Part shown: positions 17,945 through 28,632 of the stretch, piece by piece
Layout of the letters: each line of letters opens with the position of its first letter
How positions within the stretch are numbered: the first letter of the stretch is position 1
Source: Candidatus Endomicrobium labiotermitis
GTDB lineage: Bacteria > Elusimicrobiota > Endomicrobiia > Endomicrobiales > Endomicrobiaceae
Reading direction: 5' to 3'
Length of the DNA: 64,000 bases
Assembly: GCA_009778965.1 (NCBI GenBank)
Contig: WRFE01000003.1
Coordinates: 2,585-66,584, forward strand
Translations under genes and position numbers: made by a program
Notes under the pieces: model-generated
What the model was told of the DNA's origin: nothing
The model's database searches: none
Seen by the model: the letters and a program-made list of their open reading frames with translations, nothing else

Positions 17945-18010
17945 TTCAATCCTTACTCCAACAAATGCGCCATCTTGGGTAACAAGGGCTTAAAAGCCCG
18001 CAAAATTTTT
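17945..18010 (+). ncRNA. tracrRNA (boundaries approximate)
   Basis: Anti-repeat tccttactcca (17950-17960, 11-nt exact) ...tgcgc...tgggtaac (17976-17983), then AAGGGCT-TAAA-AGCCC nexus hairpin and a T-run. Confidence 0.85.
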
Positions 18011-18019
18011 AAAAAAAGA

Positions 18020-18361
18020 TTAATCCCCAAACAATACGAGTTGTTCGTATTTTTTGGGGATTTTTTCTTTTTCCTCTTTATGACCATAGTAATTTTTTAT
18101 CATCCCATATTGTTTATCTGTTATTTGTATAAAAGCACACTGCCCCTCTTCAGGAGTACAAGCTCCCATCCTTTTGATTAATGCTTCAGCCTTATGTTGT
18201 GTAGGCATATTGCGAACATATACTGAAAATTGCATCATAGTAAATCCGTTTTCCAACAATAACTTACGGAATTTACTATATCGTCTTTTTTGCGAAACAG
18301 ATTGAGTAGGCAAATCAAACGATGCCATTACCCACATAGAGCGCCACCCGTTAAATTTCAT
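18020..18361 (-). CDS. cas2: Cas2
   Basis: WVMASFDLPT, FRKLLLENGFTMMQFSVY. Confidence 0.97.
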   Translation of the reverse strand: MKFNGWRSMWVMASFDLPTQSVSQKRRYSKFRKLLLENGFTMMQFSVYVRNMPTQHKAEALIKRMGACTPEEGQCAFIQITDKQYGMIKNYYGHKEEKEKIPKKYEQLVLFGD

Positions 18362-19325
18362 ATTTAGTATGAAACAATTCAGGCATTTCCATCTTTACAC
18401 CTCTTGAAGTCGGCATATTAGGTAGTAGTAATTTTCTGCGCGGATCTTCAAGAGTGTTACAAAAACTATCAACCATAAAATCTACAGCTTCAAATAATCT
18501 ATAATTTTTATTCTCTACTCTTACAACTTCTTGTAAAATACGTGATAACAATTCTCTTTTTAAGACAGTATTTAAAGATTCGTAATCATTATCTGAAAAA
18601 ATTTCAAAAATCACTTTATCTGCCACAAACCTAAACGGCTCTATAAAATCTTCAACCAAATTAAAAGGATTATCTCTTCTGCTGTGTCCAATCCCAAGAT
18701 TTAAGCATAGTCCTGCGCTTACAAGAGAACGCGCTACCATAGAACGAATAATCGCATAAGCATAATTAAGAGAGGAATTTATTACATCTGTTGCGCCTTG
18801 TTTTTCTCTTTTACGAACTGTTTTATTCAGTACTCCAAAAAAAACATCCCAATAAAATCTCGCAGACTGCCCTTCTTTATTGTCATCATCCCCATCAATT
18901 ACCTTATTTGCAATAGTAGTAAGTCTTTGAGATTCGTCTTTTGCAAAAGCCTCTAATACTGATGCTTGACCTAAAATTTTTGATTTTATTACCTGCCGCC
19001 ACCAAGGTTTTGTTAAGTTAGAATTTATATATTTGGCTTGCAAGTGAGGTCGCTTTGCGCCGTCTAAATTTATACCTATTGGTAAAGTTATACCGATAGG
19101 CATGTAATTATCTCCAACATAAACTATAGCTACACCTGCGTTTGAAAGTTCTTTTGAAACAGCAGAAGAAAGCAAAATTGAAGTGTGCGCCAAAATTAAA
19201 ACAGCAATATCAAAAGGCGCAAAATAATGCTTTTCGCCTTTTTCTATAAAGTTTATTTCTAACCTGCCCGTATCAATAGAAAGTTTCGCAGGCTTTTCTA
19301 TACTTATAATATGATTATTTGCCAT
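18351..19325 (-). CDS. cas1: Cas1 (type II)
   Basis: EGQSARFYW, NSSLNYAYAIIRS, GIGH...FNLVEDFIEPFR. Confidence 0.97.
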   Translation of the reverse strand: MANNHIISIEKPAKLSIDTGRLEINFIEKGEKHYFAPFDIAVLILAHTSILLSSAVSKELSNAGVAIVYVGDNYMPIGITLPIGINLDGAKRPHLQAKYINSNLTKPWWRQVIKSKILGQASVLEAFAKDESQRLTTIANKVIDGDDDNKEGQSARFYWDVFFGVLNKTVRKREKQGATDVINSSLNYAYAIIRSMVARSLVSAGLCLNLGIGHSRRDNPFNLVEDFIEPFRFVADKVIFEIFSDNDYESLNTVLKRELLSRILQEVVRVENKNYRLFEAVDFMVDSFCNTLEDPRRKLLLPNMPTSRGVKMEMPELFHTKYEI

Positions 19326-22300
19326 TTTTTATTTTTGCAATATCAGAACGGGTTTTTATTAACAACATATCTTTTAAACTATTAACATCGCGCCCATCGT
19401 CATTGACTTCCGAATGTAATATACAATGAAGCCCATCCCTAAACTTAAAACTTTGCACTTTATAAAAATTATTATTTTTCTTATCAAATAATATATCGCC
19501 AATAAAAATACGAATTATATTATTAGGTATTGGCTTATTAAAATAATCTCTGTAGTATGTTGCTATAGGAATTATATTAATTCTTTTTCTATTTTCTGCA
19601 TCAAAATCCATACAAGCAAAACCATCATTCATATAATACTTATTACCAATTTTTTGTCCTTTTTTGTTTACTAAAGTAATTTTTTTATCCCTTTCTTCTT
19701 TGTAATATGATTCCTGATATATTCCGCGAAGCTTTTTTACCTTATGCCCCCTATAAAATATACCATCATTTTCATTCTCCCCAAGAAAGGCATCTTTTAA
19801 TGATAATCCTTTTCTTGTTCTTTCTTGTAGCTGTTTAATAATTTCTTGTTTTAGTGTATTCCCTTCTACAAAAACATTAAGTTTTTTTATTAATTTGTCC
19901 AAATTAGTTTCCTTGCCTAAAATATCGGACAAAAAATACTTTTTCACAAATCTTTCATTCTCGTCACCTTTTAGAATTTTTACCGCATCGTATGCAAAGT
20001 CTTTAAAGAACGCTCCGCTTGGGAAATGGTCCGGTTTATGCCAAACGACAAAGTTTGTAAGATATTTTAAAGCTTTTTCTTTTATGATTTTATAAAGCAA
20101 GGCATCTTCTTTTTTAATCTCAAAATGAGGAATTTCTACTTCGCCTTTGTCGTTTTTAACTTCATACAATCCGCCATATTTTGCATTATGTTGTGAAGCC
20201 TGTTGAATTAACGAAAGAGTTGAAAGCCCTATAATTGCCGCGTCAACCGCATGATGCCTGTGGTCGCAACGTTTATTGAATTTATTTTCTTGACGCAAAT
20301 CTTGGCAAATTTTTTTGAATTGTTCTTGTTTATCAGTATCATTTATAGGTTTATCGCTTTCTTCTAAATCGTTTATATAATCCTCAAAGTTTTCCATCAA
20401 TGTTTTAGTATTTGAAAGACTTAAATCATGTTTTATCCATAATTCCTGCCATTTTTTGCTGTCTATCTCTTTGTCATTTTCATCAAAGAGTTTTTTACCT
20501 TCGGAAATACGAACAAGAGGTAAAATTTCACTAAAATTCCATTTGCTTCTCAAATACGCGGTAAGCGCTCCAAAAGATGGAGTAACTTTTGGACAAATAT
20601 CTTTACTCCAATCCATAATAATTTTATTTATCCAGGCAGTAGAATTTAAATGCAGATTTGAAAACTCACCTATAATATCTTTTATTTCATCGGGCTTTGT
20701 TAAAATAAAGTTGATTTTATCAAGCAGGCGCTTGCCTTTCTGAGTTGCAGTCCATTTTCTTTTACGTTTGTCATAATAACCTTTACTTTCTTTTGTGTAT
20801 TTTTGCCAAAGAGATTTAACTAAATTTATTAAAGAGCTATCTTTACGAAAATCTATCTTTTCATCTTTGCCGGCTTTTTTAGACTTTTTCTTCTCTTGCA
20901 AAAAAGCAATATAATCTTCTATATCTTTTTGAAATTTATATTCGTAAGGGATTTTATTGCCTTTATCATGGTTACACTTTGTATGGGCTAAAATTTTATT
21001 TGAAAAGATATTTGGTCCGCCTATTGCCTGTGGAATTATATGATCTATTTGGGTATTATTTACTATGTCGCCTATAGATAAAGTTTGACCGCAGTAAGGG
21101 CAGTGATTGTCTTGCTCTTGTCTCAAAAGATATTTCTCAATATTTTCACCTGACAAATAAATATTGTGGCTTTTTAATTCATTTATAGCTTTTGTTCTAT
21201 CGTCTTGCGCTATTTGATTTTGTTTTTCAATATAGCTTCTTTTTGCTAAAGAATTTTTTAATTCGCGGGTAAGTTCTATTGTCATTTCAGCAGGATTGCC
21301 GTCAAATTTCTTAACGATAAAATCCATTGTCCGTTTAAATTCACGTAACACTTTATCTATTACCGGATTATTTGTGGCAACTTTTTCATAATCTCTCAAA
21401 ACAGGATTTTCTTGGCTTTCAGATTTTGGCGGATAAAGTTTATTAATGATATTTTGCTCGTTTTCACTTTTTAGAAGTTCCGGAATAATTCTATTTAATG
21501 CTTTAATGCTATAACTTGCACGCCCTTGTTCCAAATCAAATTTATTGTTGTAAAAGATCTCTTCTTTACGCAGCATTTTTATAAACATAATTGCTTTTTG
21601 ATTATCTTCTTCTGTTTTATTTTTTACATTTTTTGTAAGTTCAGGAAATTTTAAATCTATATAACCGTCTTCATTTTCTTGAATATCAGCATATTTTGTT
21701 ATATTTGCTAAAAATTCCATTGCAAGTTCTTGCACTTTTTCAGAAAGAGAGTTAAAAGCGTTTATAAATTTAAAATCTTCTTTGTCGCAATTATAAAAAG
21801 CTTGTAAAGTTGTTATGCCTTTAAGTCCTGCGTCTTTTGCCGCATCGCCTTTGGCGCGGTCAATGGTAAATTTTTCGTTATCTCTAAAGCCAAGCTTTTC
21901 GTAAATCAGTTTATACGATATTTTTGCTCTATCATTGTATAGTTTAAAATTTTCACAAACAAAATCATAAATTTTTTTAATTTCATCTTCTGTTAACGAA
22001 CACTCTTCTTTTGAACCCAATGTTTTAACCCTTAAATTTGCAATGTTTGCTGCAAGACGGTATTTTTGAAAAACAGGTTGAGCAACAGCAGAGCGGTATT
22101 CGTCTTCTTCTAAACTGCAAAACCCGACAGTCTCCGGTTTCCACTTGATAGGTCTTTGATAAAACATCGCGCTAAAAAAAGCGTCTTTTAGCAAGACTTC
22201 ATCTTTGCCTGCGTGGTTAGTAAACATTTCTTTGTATGTAATTTGGTAATTGCCCTTTAATTCTTCGTGATGATTTATCTGTTTTTGCCAAATTTTTTCA

Positions 22301-22866
22301 AATTCATCCTCAATAATATCTCTTGTAATGAACGTTCCATCTTGATTTAACTTTCGCCAAGGGGTATTGTTTTCTGCCGCCTCTCTTTTTTCATACAGCA
22401 ATTGCCCTAATGTTTTATCGCCTAACATTGATTTTGTTTCTTTGATTTTTGAGCCAACATCGCCTTCAGCGCGTTTTAAATCACCTTTGTATCCTCTGTT
22501 TTTCACAATATGGCTGAATACTTTTATAAGTTCCGGCAAAGTTAATTTTTCAGAAATTGCTTTTGCCCGAAGCGCTATGACATCGCTGTCTTTTATAGCA
22601 TCTAGATTTTCTTTTGACACGCCAATGCTTTTTACAATATAGGTTAACTTTTTGAGCCTTTTGGCTTTCCGTTCTATTTGGCGGCGAATAAGGCGGGCTG
22701 AACGTCTGTCAGTGTTTAACGTAACCATAGCTTTTGGATTTACAGGTTCTCCAAAAATATAGCTATCCATATAGATTAAATCATCTATCTCATTATTTTC
22801 TTTAAGACTAAAAGCTGCAATTCCTATTGAAGATGTTCCTAAATCAATACCAAGTCTGTATTTCAT
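19315..22866 (-). CDS. cas9: Cas9, type II-C, 1183 aa
   Basis: RuvC-I GIDLGTSSIG; Arg-rich bridge helix; RuvC-II IELTRE; HNH CPYCG..IDHIIP..NKILAH..CNHDKGN; RuvC-III HHAVDA; no csn2 or cas4 in the locus. Confidence 0.97.
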   Translation of the reverse strand: MKYRLGIDLGTSSIGIAAFSLKENNEIDDLIYMDSYIFGEPVNPKAMVTLNTDRRSARLIRRQIERKAKRLKKLTYIVKSIGVSKENLDAIKDSDVIALRAKAISEKLTLPELIKVFSHIVKNRGYKGDLKRAEGDVGSKIKETKSMLGDKTLGQLLYEKREAAENNTPWRKLNQDGTFITRDIIEDEFEKIWQKQINHHEELKGNYQITYKEMFTNHAGKDEVLLKDAFFSAMFYQRPIKWKPETVGFCSLEEDEYRSAVAQPVFQKYRLAANIANLRVKTLGSKEECSLTEDEIKKIYDFVCENFKLYNDRAKISYKLIYEKLGFRDNEKFTIDRAKGDAAKDAGLKGITTLQAFYNCDKEDFKFINAFNSLSEKVQELAMEFLANITKYADIQENEDGYIDLKFPELTKNVKNKTEEDNQKAIMFIKMLRKEEIFYNNKFDLEQGRASYSIKALNRIIPELLKSENEQNIINKLYPPKSESQENPVLRDYEKVATNNPVIDKVLREFKRTMDFIVKKFDGNPAEMTIELTRELKNSLAKRSYIEKQNQIAQDDRTKAINELKSHNIYLSGENIEKYLLRQEQDNHCPYCGQTLSIGDIVNNTQIDHIIPQAIGGPNIFSNKILAHTKCNHDKGNKIPYEYKFQKDIEDYIAFLQEKKKSKKAGKDEKIDFRKDSSLINLVKSLWQKYTKESKGYYDKRKRKWTATQKGKRLLDKINFILTKPDEIKDIIGEFSNLHLNSTAWINKIIMDWSKDICPKVTPSFGALTAYLRSKWNFSEILPLVRISEGKKLFDENDKEIDSKKWQELWIKHDLSLSNTKTLMENFEDYINDLEESDKPINDTDKQEQFKKICQDLRQENKFNKRCDHRHHAVDAAIIGLSTLSLIQQASQHNAKYGGLYEVKNDKGEVEIPHFEIKKEDALLYKIIKEKALKYLTNFVVWHKPDHFPSGAFFKDFAYDAVKILKGDENERFVKKYFLSDILGKETNLDKLIKKLNVFVEGNTLKQEIIKQLQERTRKGLSLKDAFLGENENDGIFYRGHKVKKLRGIYQESYYKEERDKKITLVNKKGQKIGNKYYMNDGFACMDFDAENRKRINIIPIATYYRDYFNKPIPNNIIRIFIGDILFDKKNNNFYKVQSFKFRDGLHCILHSEVNDDGRDVNSLKDMLLIKTRSDIAKIKNGK

Positions 22867-22907
22867 CTTTTTTCTTCCTATAAATGTAATAATTTCTTCA
22901 AAATAAT

Positions 22908-22948
22908 CAAAAAGCCCCTTTGACTTATTAGGTCTCAGGGGCTTTTGT
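22908..22948 (-). terminator. Intrinsic terminator after gyrA (coordinates approximate)
   Basis: aaaagcccc...ggggctttt stem with A/T tails between the gyrA stop and cas9. Confidence 0.8.
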
Positions 22949-22950
22949 TT

Positions 22951-25470
22951 TTATTTCTTTTCTTCCGTTGTTTCTTGTGTTTCGCCTTCGTCGTCTTCTT
23001 TTACCACGCTGGCGATGGCTGCGACCTTGTCGTCCGCGTCCAGCTTGACCAGGCGGACCCCCTGGGTATTTCGGCTTATTACCGAGATGTTATCTACTTT
23101 CATTCTTATTGTTATGCCGTTTTGTGTCATTATCATTATTTCTTCGCCGGGGTTAGCGCGTTTTATGCCTACAACTTTGCCGTTTCTGTCAGTCGTTTGC
23201 ATATTTATTACGCCTTTGCCGCCGCGATGCGTTAAGCGATATTCGCTTACTTTTGTACGTTTTCCGTATCCGTTTTCGCTTACCGCAAGCACTGTGTCGT
23301 CTTTGCAAAGCACTTCCATACCTATAACTTCATCGTCTTTTCCTATGTCTATGCCGTTAACGCCCATACCCGTTCTGCCTATGGCGCGGACTTCGCTTTC
23401 TTTAAAGTGTATGGCTTGTCCGTCTTTGGCTGCTATCAACACTTCCGGACATTTGCCTATTGCTTTAACTTCGGCTAAAATGTCGCCGTCGTCAAGTTTT
23501 ATGGCAACTATGCCGCCTTTTCTCGGGTTGGAAAATTCTTCAAGCGCAATTTTTTTGATTGTGCCGTTTCTTGTACACATAAGCAAGTATTCATCTTTTA
23601 TTTCTTTAAGATTAAGCGTTCTTATAGGTATTGCCGCTGTAATTTTTTCTTCCGGGGCAAGCTGCAACAGATTTACTATTGCTTTGCCTTTTGACGCTCT
23701 GCCGGCTTCGGGTATTTCGTAAACCCTGTTCCAATACAAACGTCCGCGGCTTGTGAAGAACAACAGATAGGCGTGCGAACTTGTTATGAAAAGATTTTCA
23801 ACAAAATCTTCTTCTTTTGTGGTCATAGCGGTAATTCCGCGGCCGCCTCTGTGCTGCGCTTTGTAAGTGTCCAGCGGAATACGTTTAATATAGCCCGCGT
23901 GCGACATTGTTACCGCGACTTCTTCTTCCTGAATTAAATCTTCTATATTGAAATCCGCTTCGGCGGCCTGAATTTGCGTTCTTCTCTTATCGCCGTATTC
24001 TTCTTTGATTTCTTCAATTTCGGCTTTAATTAATGCAGCAACTTTTTTCGGATCTGCCAAAATTGAACGCAGCCTTTCGATTGTTTTTATGATTTCAAGA
24101 TATTCTTTGTCTAATTCTTCCCTTTCAAGTCCGGTCAGCTGATGCAGACGCATTTCCAAAATAGCTTCGGACTGGACTTTTGAAAGTTTGAATTTCGCCA
24201 TCAGTTGTTCGCGCGCGTCATCTTTATCTTTAGCGCCTCTGATAATTTTTACTACCGCGTCTATATTATCAACCGCGATTTTCAAACCTTCCAAAATGTG
24301 CGCTCTTGCTTCGGCTTTTTGAAGCTCAAACTTTGTGCGGCGTACAATAACGATTTTTCTGTGCTCGATGTGATGCTCAAGCACTTCTTTTATGTTCATC
24401 ACTTTCGGGCGGTTGTTGACAAGCGCAAGCATTATAACGCCAAAAGACGACTGCAAAGCGGTGTGTTTGTATAACTGGTTTAAAACAACCTGGGCGTTTG
24501 CGTCCCTTTTAATTTCTATGATTATTCTTATGTCGTCGCGTGCTGATTCGTCGCGAAGGTCGGAAATGCCGTCGATTTTTTTATCTTTTACAAGTTCGGC
24601 TATGGACATTATCAGGTTTGCTTTGTTTACCTGATAAGGAATTTCGTTGACTATAATTGTTTCCCTGCCGTTTTTGGCTTCTTCGATTTCGACTTTGGCT
24701 CTCATTTTTATGGAACCTCTGCCTCTTTCGAAATAGTCTTTTATGCCGCCTTTGCCAAGTATTATTGCGCCGGTAGGAAAGTCCGGACCTTTTATGTATT
24801 TGCCGATTTCCGAAACGGGAAGTTCCGGATCGTCTATCAAAGCGGAAACAGCATCGCAGACTTCGCTTAAATTATGCGTTGGAACGTTTGTCGCCATACC
24901 TACCGCGATACCTTGCGAACCGTTAATCAAAAGTCCAGGAAGTTTTGCGGGAAGAATTACGGGTTCTTTTAACGAACCGTCGTAGTTTGGCATAAAGTCA
25001 ACTGTATTTTTGTCTAAATCGGCAAGCATTTCATCCGCAATCGCGTCCATACGCGCTTCGGTATAACGCATTGCCGCGGCAGAGTCGCCGTCTATGCTGC
25101 CGAAGTTTCCCTGACCGTCAACCAAGGGGTAACGCAAAGACCATTCCTGCGCCATACGCACCATAGATTCGTAAATCGCGCTGTCGCCGTGCGGATGGTA
25201 TTTACCCATAACGTCACCGACTACCCTTGCGGATTTTTTATATGCGGTGCCGTGCTTCATCCCCATTTCTTTCATGGTATAAAGTATGCGCCTGTGAATA
25301 GGCTTTAAACCGTCGCGGACATCCGGAAGCGCTCTTCCCACGATTACGCTCATGGCGTAATCTATGTAAGACGTTTTCATTTCGTCTTCAATGTTGCGCG
25401 GAAAAATACCTGCAGGAAGCGCCGCTTCCTGTTCTTCGTTCTTTTTGGTGTCTTTGTCTGCCATTTTCAT
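22951..25470 (-). CDS. gyrA: DNA gyrase subunit A (start may be 25464)
   Basis: [25 protein letters not shown] (catalytic Tyr); GyrA-box QHRGGRG; C-terminal beta-pinwheel repeats. Confidence 0.99.
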   Translation of the reverse strand: MKMADKDTKKNEEQEAALPAGIFPRNIEDEMKTSYIDYAMSVIVGRALPDVRDGLKPIHRRILYTMKEMGMKHGTAYKKSARVVGDVMGKYHPHGDSAIYESMVRMAQEWSLRYPLVDGQGNFGSIDGDSAAAMRYTEARMDAIADEMLADLDKNTVDFMPNYDGSLKEPVILPAKLPGLLINGSQGIAVGMATNVPTHNLSEVCDAVSALIDDPELPVSEIGKYIKGPDFPTGAIILGKGGIKDYFERGRGSIKMRAKVEIEEAKNGRETIIVNEIPYQVNKANLIMSIAELVKDKKIDGISDLRDESARDDIRIIIEIKRDANAQVVLNQLYKHTALQSSFGVIMLALVNNRPKVMNIKEVLEHHIEHRKIVIVRRTKFELQKAEARAHILEGLKIAVDNIDAVVKIIRGAKDKDDAREQLMAKFKLSKVQSEAILEMRLHQLTGLEREELDKEYLEIIKTIERLRSILADPKKVAALIKAEIEEIKEEYGDKRRTQIQAAEADFNIEDLIQEEEVAVTMSHAGYIKRIPLDTYKAQHRGGRGITAMTTKEEDFVENLFITSSHAYLLFFTSRGRLYWNRVYEIPEAGRASKGKAIVNLLQLAPEEKITAAIPIRTLNLKEIKDEYLLMCTRNGTIKKIALEEFSNPRKGGIVAIKLDDGDILAEVKAIGKCPEVLIAAKDGQAIHFKESEVRAIGRTGMGVNGIDIGKDDEVIGMEVLCKDDTVLAVSENGYGKRTKVSEYRLTHRGGKGVINMQTTDRNGKVVGIKRANPGEEIMIMTQNGITIRMKVDNISVISRNTQGVRLVKLDADDKVAAIASVVKEDDEGETQETTEEKK

Positions 25471-25504
25471 TTCCTTTACGTGGATTTATTATTTTTTAAT
25501 TCTT

Positions 25505-25573
25505 TCAATTACTTCGCTAGTAGATTTTAGTAGCAAGCTAGTAGCAAATATTAAAATTCATTGAAAATACAAT
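25505..25573. repeat. 69-bp direct repeat, copy A (upstream of gyrA)
   Basis: 59/69 identical to 26974-27042 by manual alignment; contains three (c)tagtag units. Confidence 0.9.
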
Positions 25574-25577
25574 GAAT

Positions 25578-26915
25578 TTAATTGTTATTGTCTTTCAATT
25601 TTTCCTTTAATTTATTACTTAGAGAATAAACAAATTGTTTGATTCTTTTATTCTTTGTCAAAAAGCCTTTTTTTACAAGAAAGTCTAGGTCTTTCCTGGT
25701 AGTTTCATAAGCAACATTTAAAGTGTTTTTAAAATACTCTATATTTCTTATGTTCCTGTCCTTAATAAACGTTTTCATTATACTTCTTTGCCTGAAATTT
25801 AATTCTATGTCTTGTTCTATTAAATCCGCTGTTTTTTTATTTTCTTCTTTTTTATTTTCGGCATATTCGTCAAATCGTTTTATTGCATCGAGTATAATAT
25901 CTAAATTAAAATTGACAAAATAAGTTAAATCATTATCGTCGTATTCGCTATAAAGATATGCTCTTGCATACTGTATAGGTTTTTCTTTTAAAATACGCGA
26001 TATAACCAAATATTTAAAACTCTTATAACCGCTTTTTAATATATACCAATAAAACAATGCCCTTGCCGTACGACCGTTTCCGTCAACAAAAGGATGTATG
26101 TATGCAAGCCAAAAATGTATAGCTATGGCTTTTATAGCCGGATGAATAAAATCATCCTCGTCATTTTTATTAGCATAAGAGCATAATTGTTCTATAAGGT
26201 ACTCAACATTTTCCGCTTTAGGAGGATCAAACAACAAAGTATTATCTCTTGAGTCAACAACGCGTACATTATCAGTATCTTTTCTAAACATTCCGGCTTT
26301 TTCTTCATTTTCAAGCGTTTTTTCGGTAATAATTTTATGAATATATTTTATCTTTTCCGGACTTAACGTATCTCCACACTTCGTATCTATATATTCCATC
26401 GCTTTGTAATTATTTAAAATCATCTGTTCGTCTATGCTTTTCGGCAAGCTGTTTGTTCGCAGCATCTCTTTTGCTATTTCCCGAGTAACAGCCGCGCCTT
26501 CCAATTGACTTGAAGCAATACCTTCTTCCATTAATGAGTTTACAGAATATTCGTTTGCTTCTTCTGCTGTCAAATTATATTTAGAAAAATGCCTGTCAAT
26601 AATGCTTAATTTTTTTTGTATTTCTGATGTTTCAAGAATTTTACAATTTTGATCGCCTATATATATCTGTTTTTTACTGATATTTGATTTCCTAAAATTA
26701 ATCAACGCCCAAAATTGTTCCGGAGTTATATTTTCCGGGAGCGAATAATATTTTACGCTGTCCCAGTAATCACAGTTATTAATAGCTTTTTTTACTGCTT
26801 TATCTAATTCAGAATCTGTATCAGTTAAAAGATATGCAAATAAATCAATATTTTCTTGGCTTATTTGTTTTAATATTTCAATCCAATTAAAGTTTGGTTT
26901 TTCAGGTAATTTCAT
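25578..26915 (-). CDS. Fic-family protein with C-terminal winged HTH, 445 aa
   Basis: HPFVDGNGRTAR; inhibitory motif SSQLEG; C-terminal LNVAYETTRKDLDFLVKKGFL. Confidence 0.92.
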   Translation of the reverse strand: MKLPEKPNFNWIEILKQISQENIDLFAYLLTDTDSELDKAVKKAINNCDYWDSVKYYSLPENITPEQFWALINFRKSNISKKQIYIGDQNCKILETSEIQKKLSIIDRHFSKYNLTAEEANEYSVNSLMEEGIASSQLEGAAVTREIAKEMLRTNSLPKSIDEQMILNNYKAMEYIDTKCGDTLSPEKIKYIHKIITEKTLENEEKAGMFRKDTDNVRVVDSRDNTLLFDPPKAENVEYLIEQLCSYANKNDEDDFIHPAIKAIAIHFWLAYIHPFVDGNGRTARALFYWYILKSGYKSFKYLVISRILKEKPIQYARAYLYSEYDDNDLTYFVNFNLDIILDAIKRFDEYAENKKEENKKTADLIEQDIELNFRQRSIMKTFIKDRNIRNIEYFKNTLNVAYETTRKDLDFLVKKGFLTKNKRIKQFVYSLSNKLKEKLKDNNN

Positions 26916-26947
26916 TTTATTCTACCAATAGTTTTATTATTAGTAAT

Positions 26948-27042
26948 TAGTGTATAAAATCTGTTTCGCTTTGTCAATTACTACACTAGTAGGTTTTAGT
27001 AAAAAGCTAGTATCAAATACTAAAATTTGTTGAAAAAACAAT
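26948..27042 (-). promoter_or_regulatory. fic promoter (TTGACA-17-TACACT) adjoining direct-repeat copy B (26974-27042)
   Basis: Minus strand reads ttgaca aagcgaaacagatttta tacact; the -35 overlaps the repeat end. Confidence 0.75.
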
Positions 27043-27073
27043 AATTTTTTATTTATTATTTTTTCAAAAAATA

Positions 27074-27421
27074 TCACTTTTTACTACTTTTAACTTTTCC
27101 TGTTTTCTTTTTAGCTTTTGGCTTTGGCAAAGGCGTATTTTTTTCTAAAATACGCGTAACGTCTTTTGCAAGTACCGCATCATCTATATCTAAAATATAA
27201 TGTTCTTTCGCGCCTTTGTAAGGAAACCCTTTTGAGGAATTCTCCATTAAATCTTCCACGCAAGACAGCATTTTAACAAATACCGTATTATCGCAAACAA
27301 GCAAAACAGGCTTATCGTTAACATAAACCATATATTCGCCAAACATCTTTTTGTACCGGATGTTTCCGGTACCGGCTATTTGTTCGCAAATATAATCAAT
27401 AAAATCTTGTCTTGTTGCCAT
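27074..27421 (-). CDS. TfoX/Sxy N-terminal domain protein
   Basis: YKKMFGEYMVY..DK..LLVCDNTVFVK. Confidence 0.85.
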   Translation of the reverse strand: MATRQDFIDYICEQIAGTGNIRYKKMFGEYMVYVNDKPVLLVCDNTVFVKMLSCVEDLMENSSKGFPYKGAKEHYILDIDDAVLAKDVTRILEKNTPLPKPKAKKKTGKVKSSKK

Positions 27422-27433
27422 TTTTTTCTCAAA

Positions 27434-28606
27434 TTAAGAATTTACCGCTTTTTCAAGTCTTTTTAGCGCTTCTTTTATTACAGATAACGGCGAAGCGGCA
27501 TTCATTCTGAAAAAACCTTTTCCCTCTATGCCGAATGTTTGTCCGTAGCTAAACCACAGTTTTGCTTTTTTTGATACTAAGTCTTTTAATTGCTGCGGTT
27601 TTAAATTTAAAGAACGAAAATCCAGCCATAACAAATACGTTCCCTGCGGTCTTATAAGTTTAATTTGCGGCATATTTTCTTTTAGAAACGTTTCCACAAA
27701 ATCTATATTTTTTTCAATGTACGCGTTTAGCTCGTCAACCCATTTTTCGCCGTATAAATACGCTGCTTTGCAGGCAACAAGCCCCATAGTGTTGGCTTGC
27801 TCATAGCCGGTTTTTTTAATCTCTTCTTCAAATTTCTTTCTTAAAAGATCGTTTGCTATAAAAATATTAGACGCCTGAAGCCCTGAAAGATTAAAAGTTT
27901 TGCTCGGCGCGGTACATGTTACGCTATTTTTTAAAAATTTTTCGCTCAAGCCCGCAAATACAGTATGCTTGAAACCTTTGTAAACAAAATCACAGTGAAT
28001 ATCATCTGAAACAACAATTACGCCGTATTTAAGACAAATGTTTCCTATTTTTTTCAGCTCTTCCTTAGACCACACTCTGCCCACGGGATTATGCGGACTG
28101 CACAAAATAAAAAGTTTAACTTTTTCTTCTTTAATTTTCTTTTCAAAGTCCGCGAAATCTATTTCATATTTTCCGCCGCGCAAAACTAAAGAATTTTTTA
28201 CTAACTTTCTTTTGTTTACTTTAACGACCGCGTGAAAAGGATGATAAACGGGCGTTTGTATAAGCACTGCGTCAGATTGTTTTGTAAAAGCTCTGATAGC
28301 CATCGATATCGCAAAAACAACTCCGGGCGTTTGGACAATCCATTCTTTTTCGCTTTTAAAATTAAATCTTTTAAGAAACCAATTTTGAACGGCTTGATAA
28401 TAATCGTCTTTCGCAACTGTATAACCAAAGATCGCGTGCCGCGCGGATTTTACAAGAGCGTCAGTTACTTCCGGCGGAGCGGGAAAATCCATATCTGCCA
28501 CCCACAAAGGAAGCGTACCTTCGCAAAATCCGTATTCTTTGACAAAATCGCATTTTAAAGAATCTGTATTTTTTCTGTTAATTACTTTGTCAAAATTGTA
28601 TTTCAT
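27434..28606 (-). CDS. patB: PLP-dependent C-S lyase, MalY/PatB family
   Basis: PLWVADMDF, LCSPHNPVG, SDDIHCD, APSKTFNL (PLP Lys). Confidence 0.92.
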   Translation of the reverse strand: MKYNFDKVINRKNTDSLKCDFVKEYGFCEGTLPLWVADMDFPAPPEVTDALVKSARHAIFGYTVAKDDYYQAVQNWFLKRFNFKSEKEWIVQTPGVVFAISMAIRAFTKQSDAVLIQTPVYHPFHAVVKVNKRKLVKNSLVLRGGKYEIDFADFEKKIKEEKVKLFILCSPHNPVGRVWSKEELKKIGNICLKYGVIVVSDDIHCDFVYKGFKHTVFAGLSEKFLKNSVTCTAPSKTFNLSGLQASNIFIANDLLRKKFEEEIKKTGYEQANTMGLVACKAAYLYGEKWVDELNAYIEKNIDFVETFLKENMPQIKLIRPQGTYLLWLDFRSLNLKPQQLKDLVSKKAKLWFSYGQTFGIEGKGFFRMNAASPLSVIKEALKRLEKAVNS

Positions 28607-28632
28607 TTTTATTTTAATCTTTTTATGCCGGC

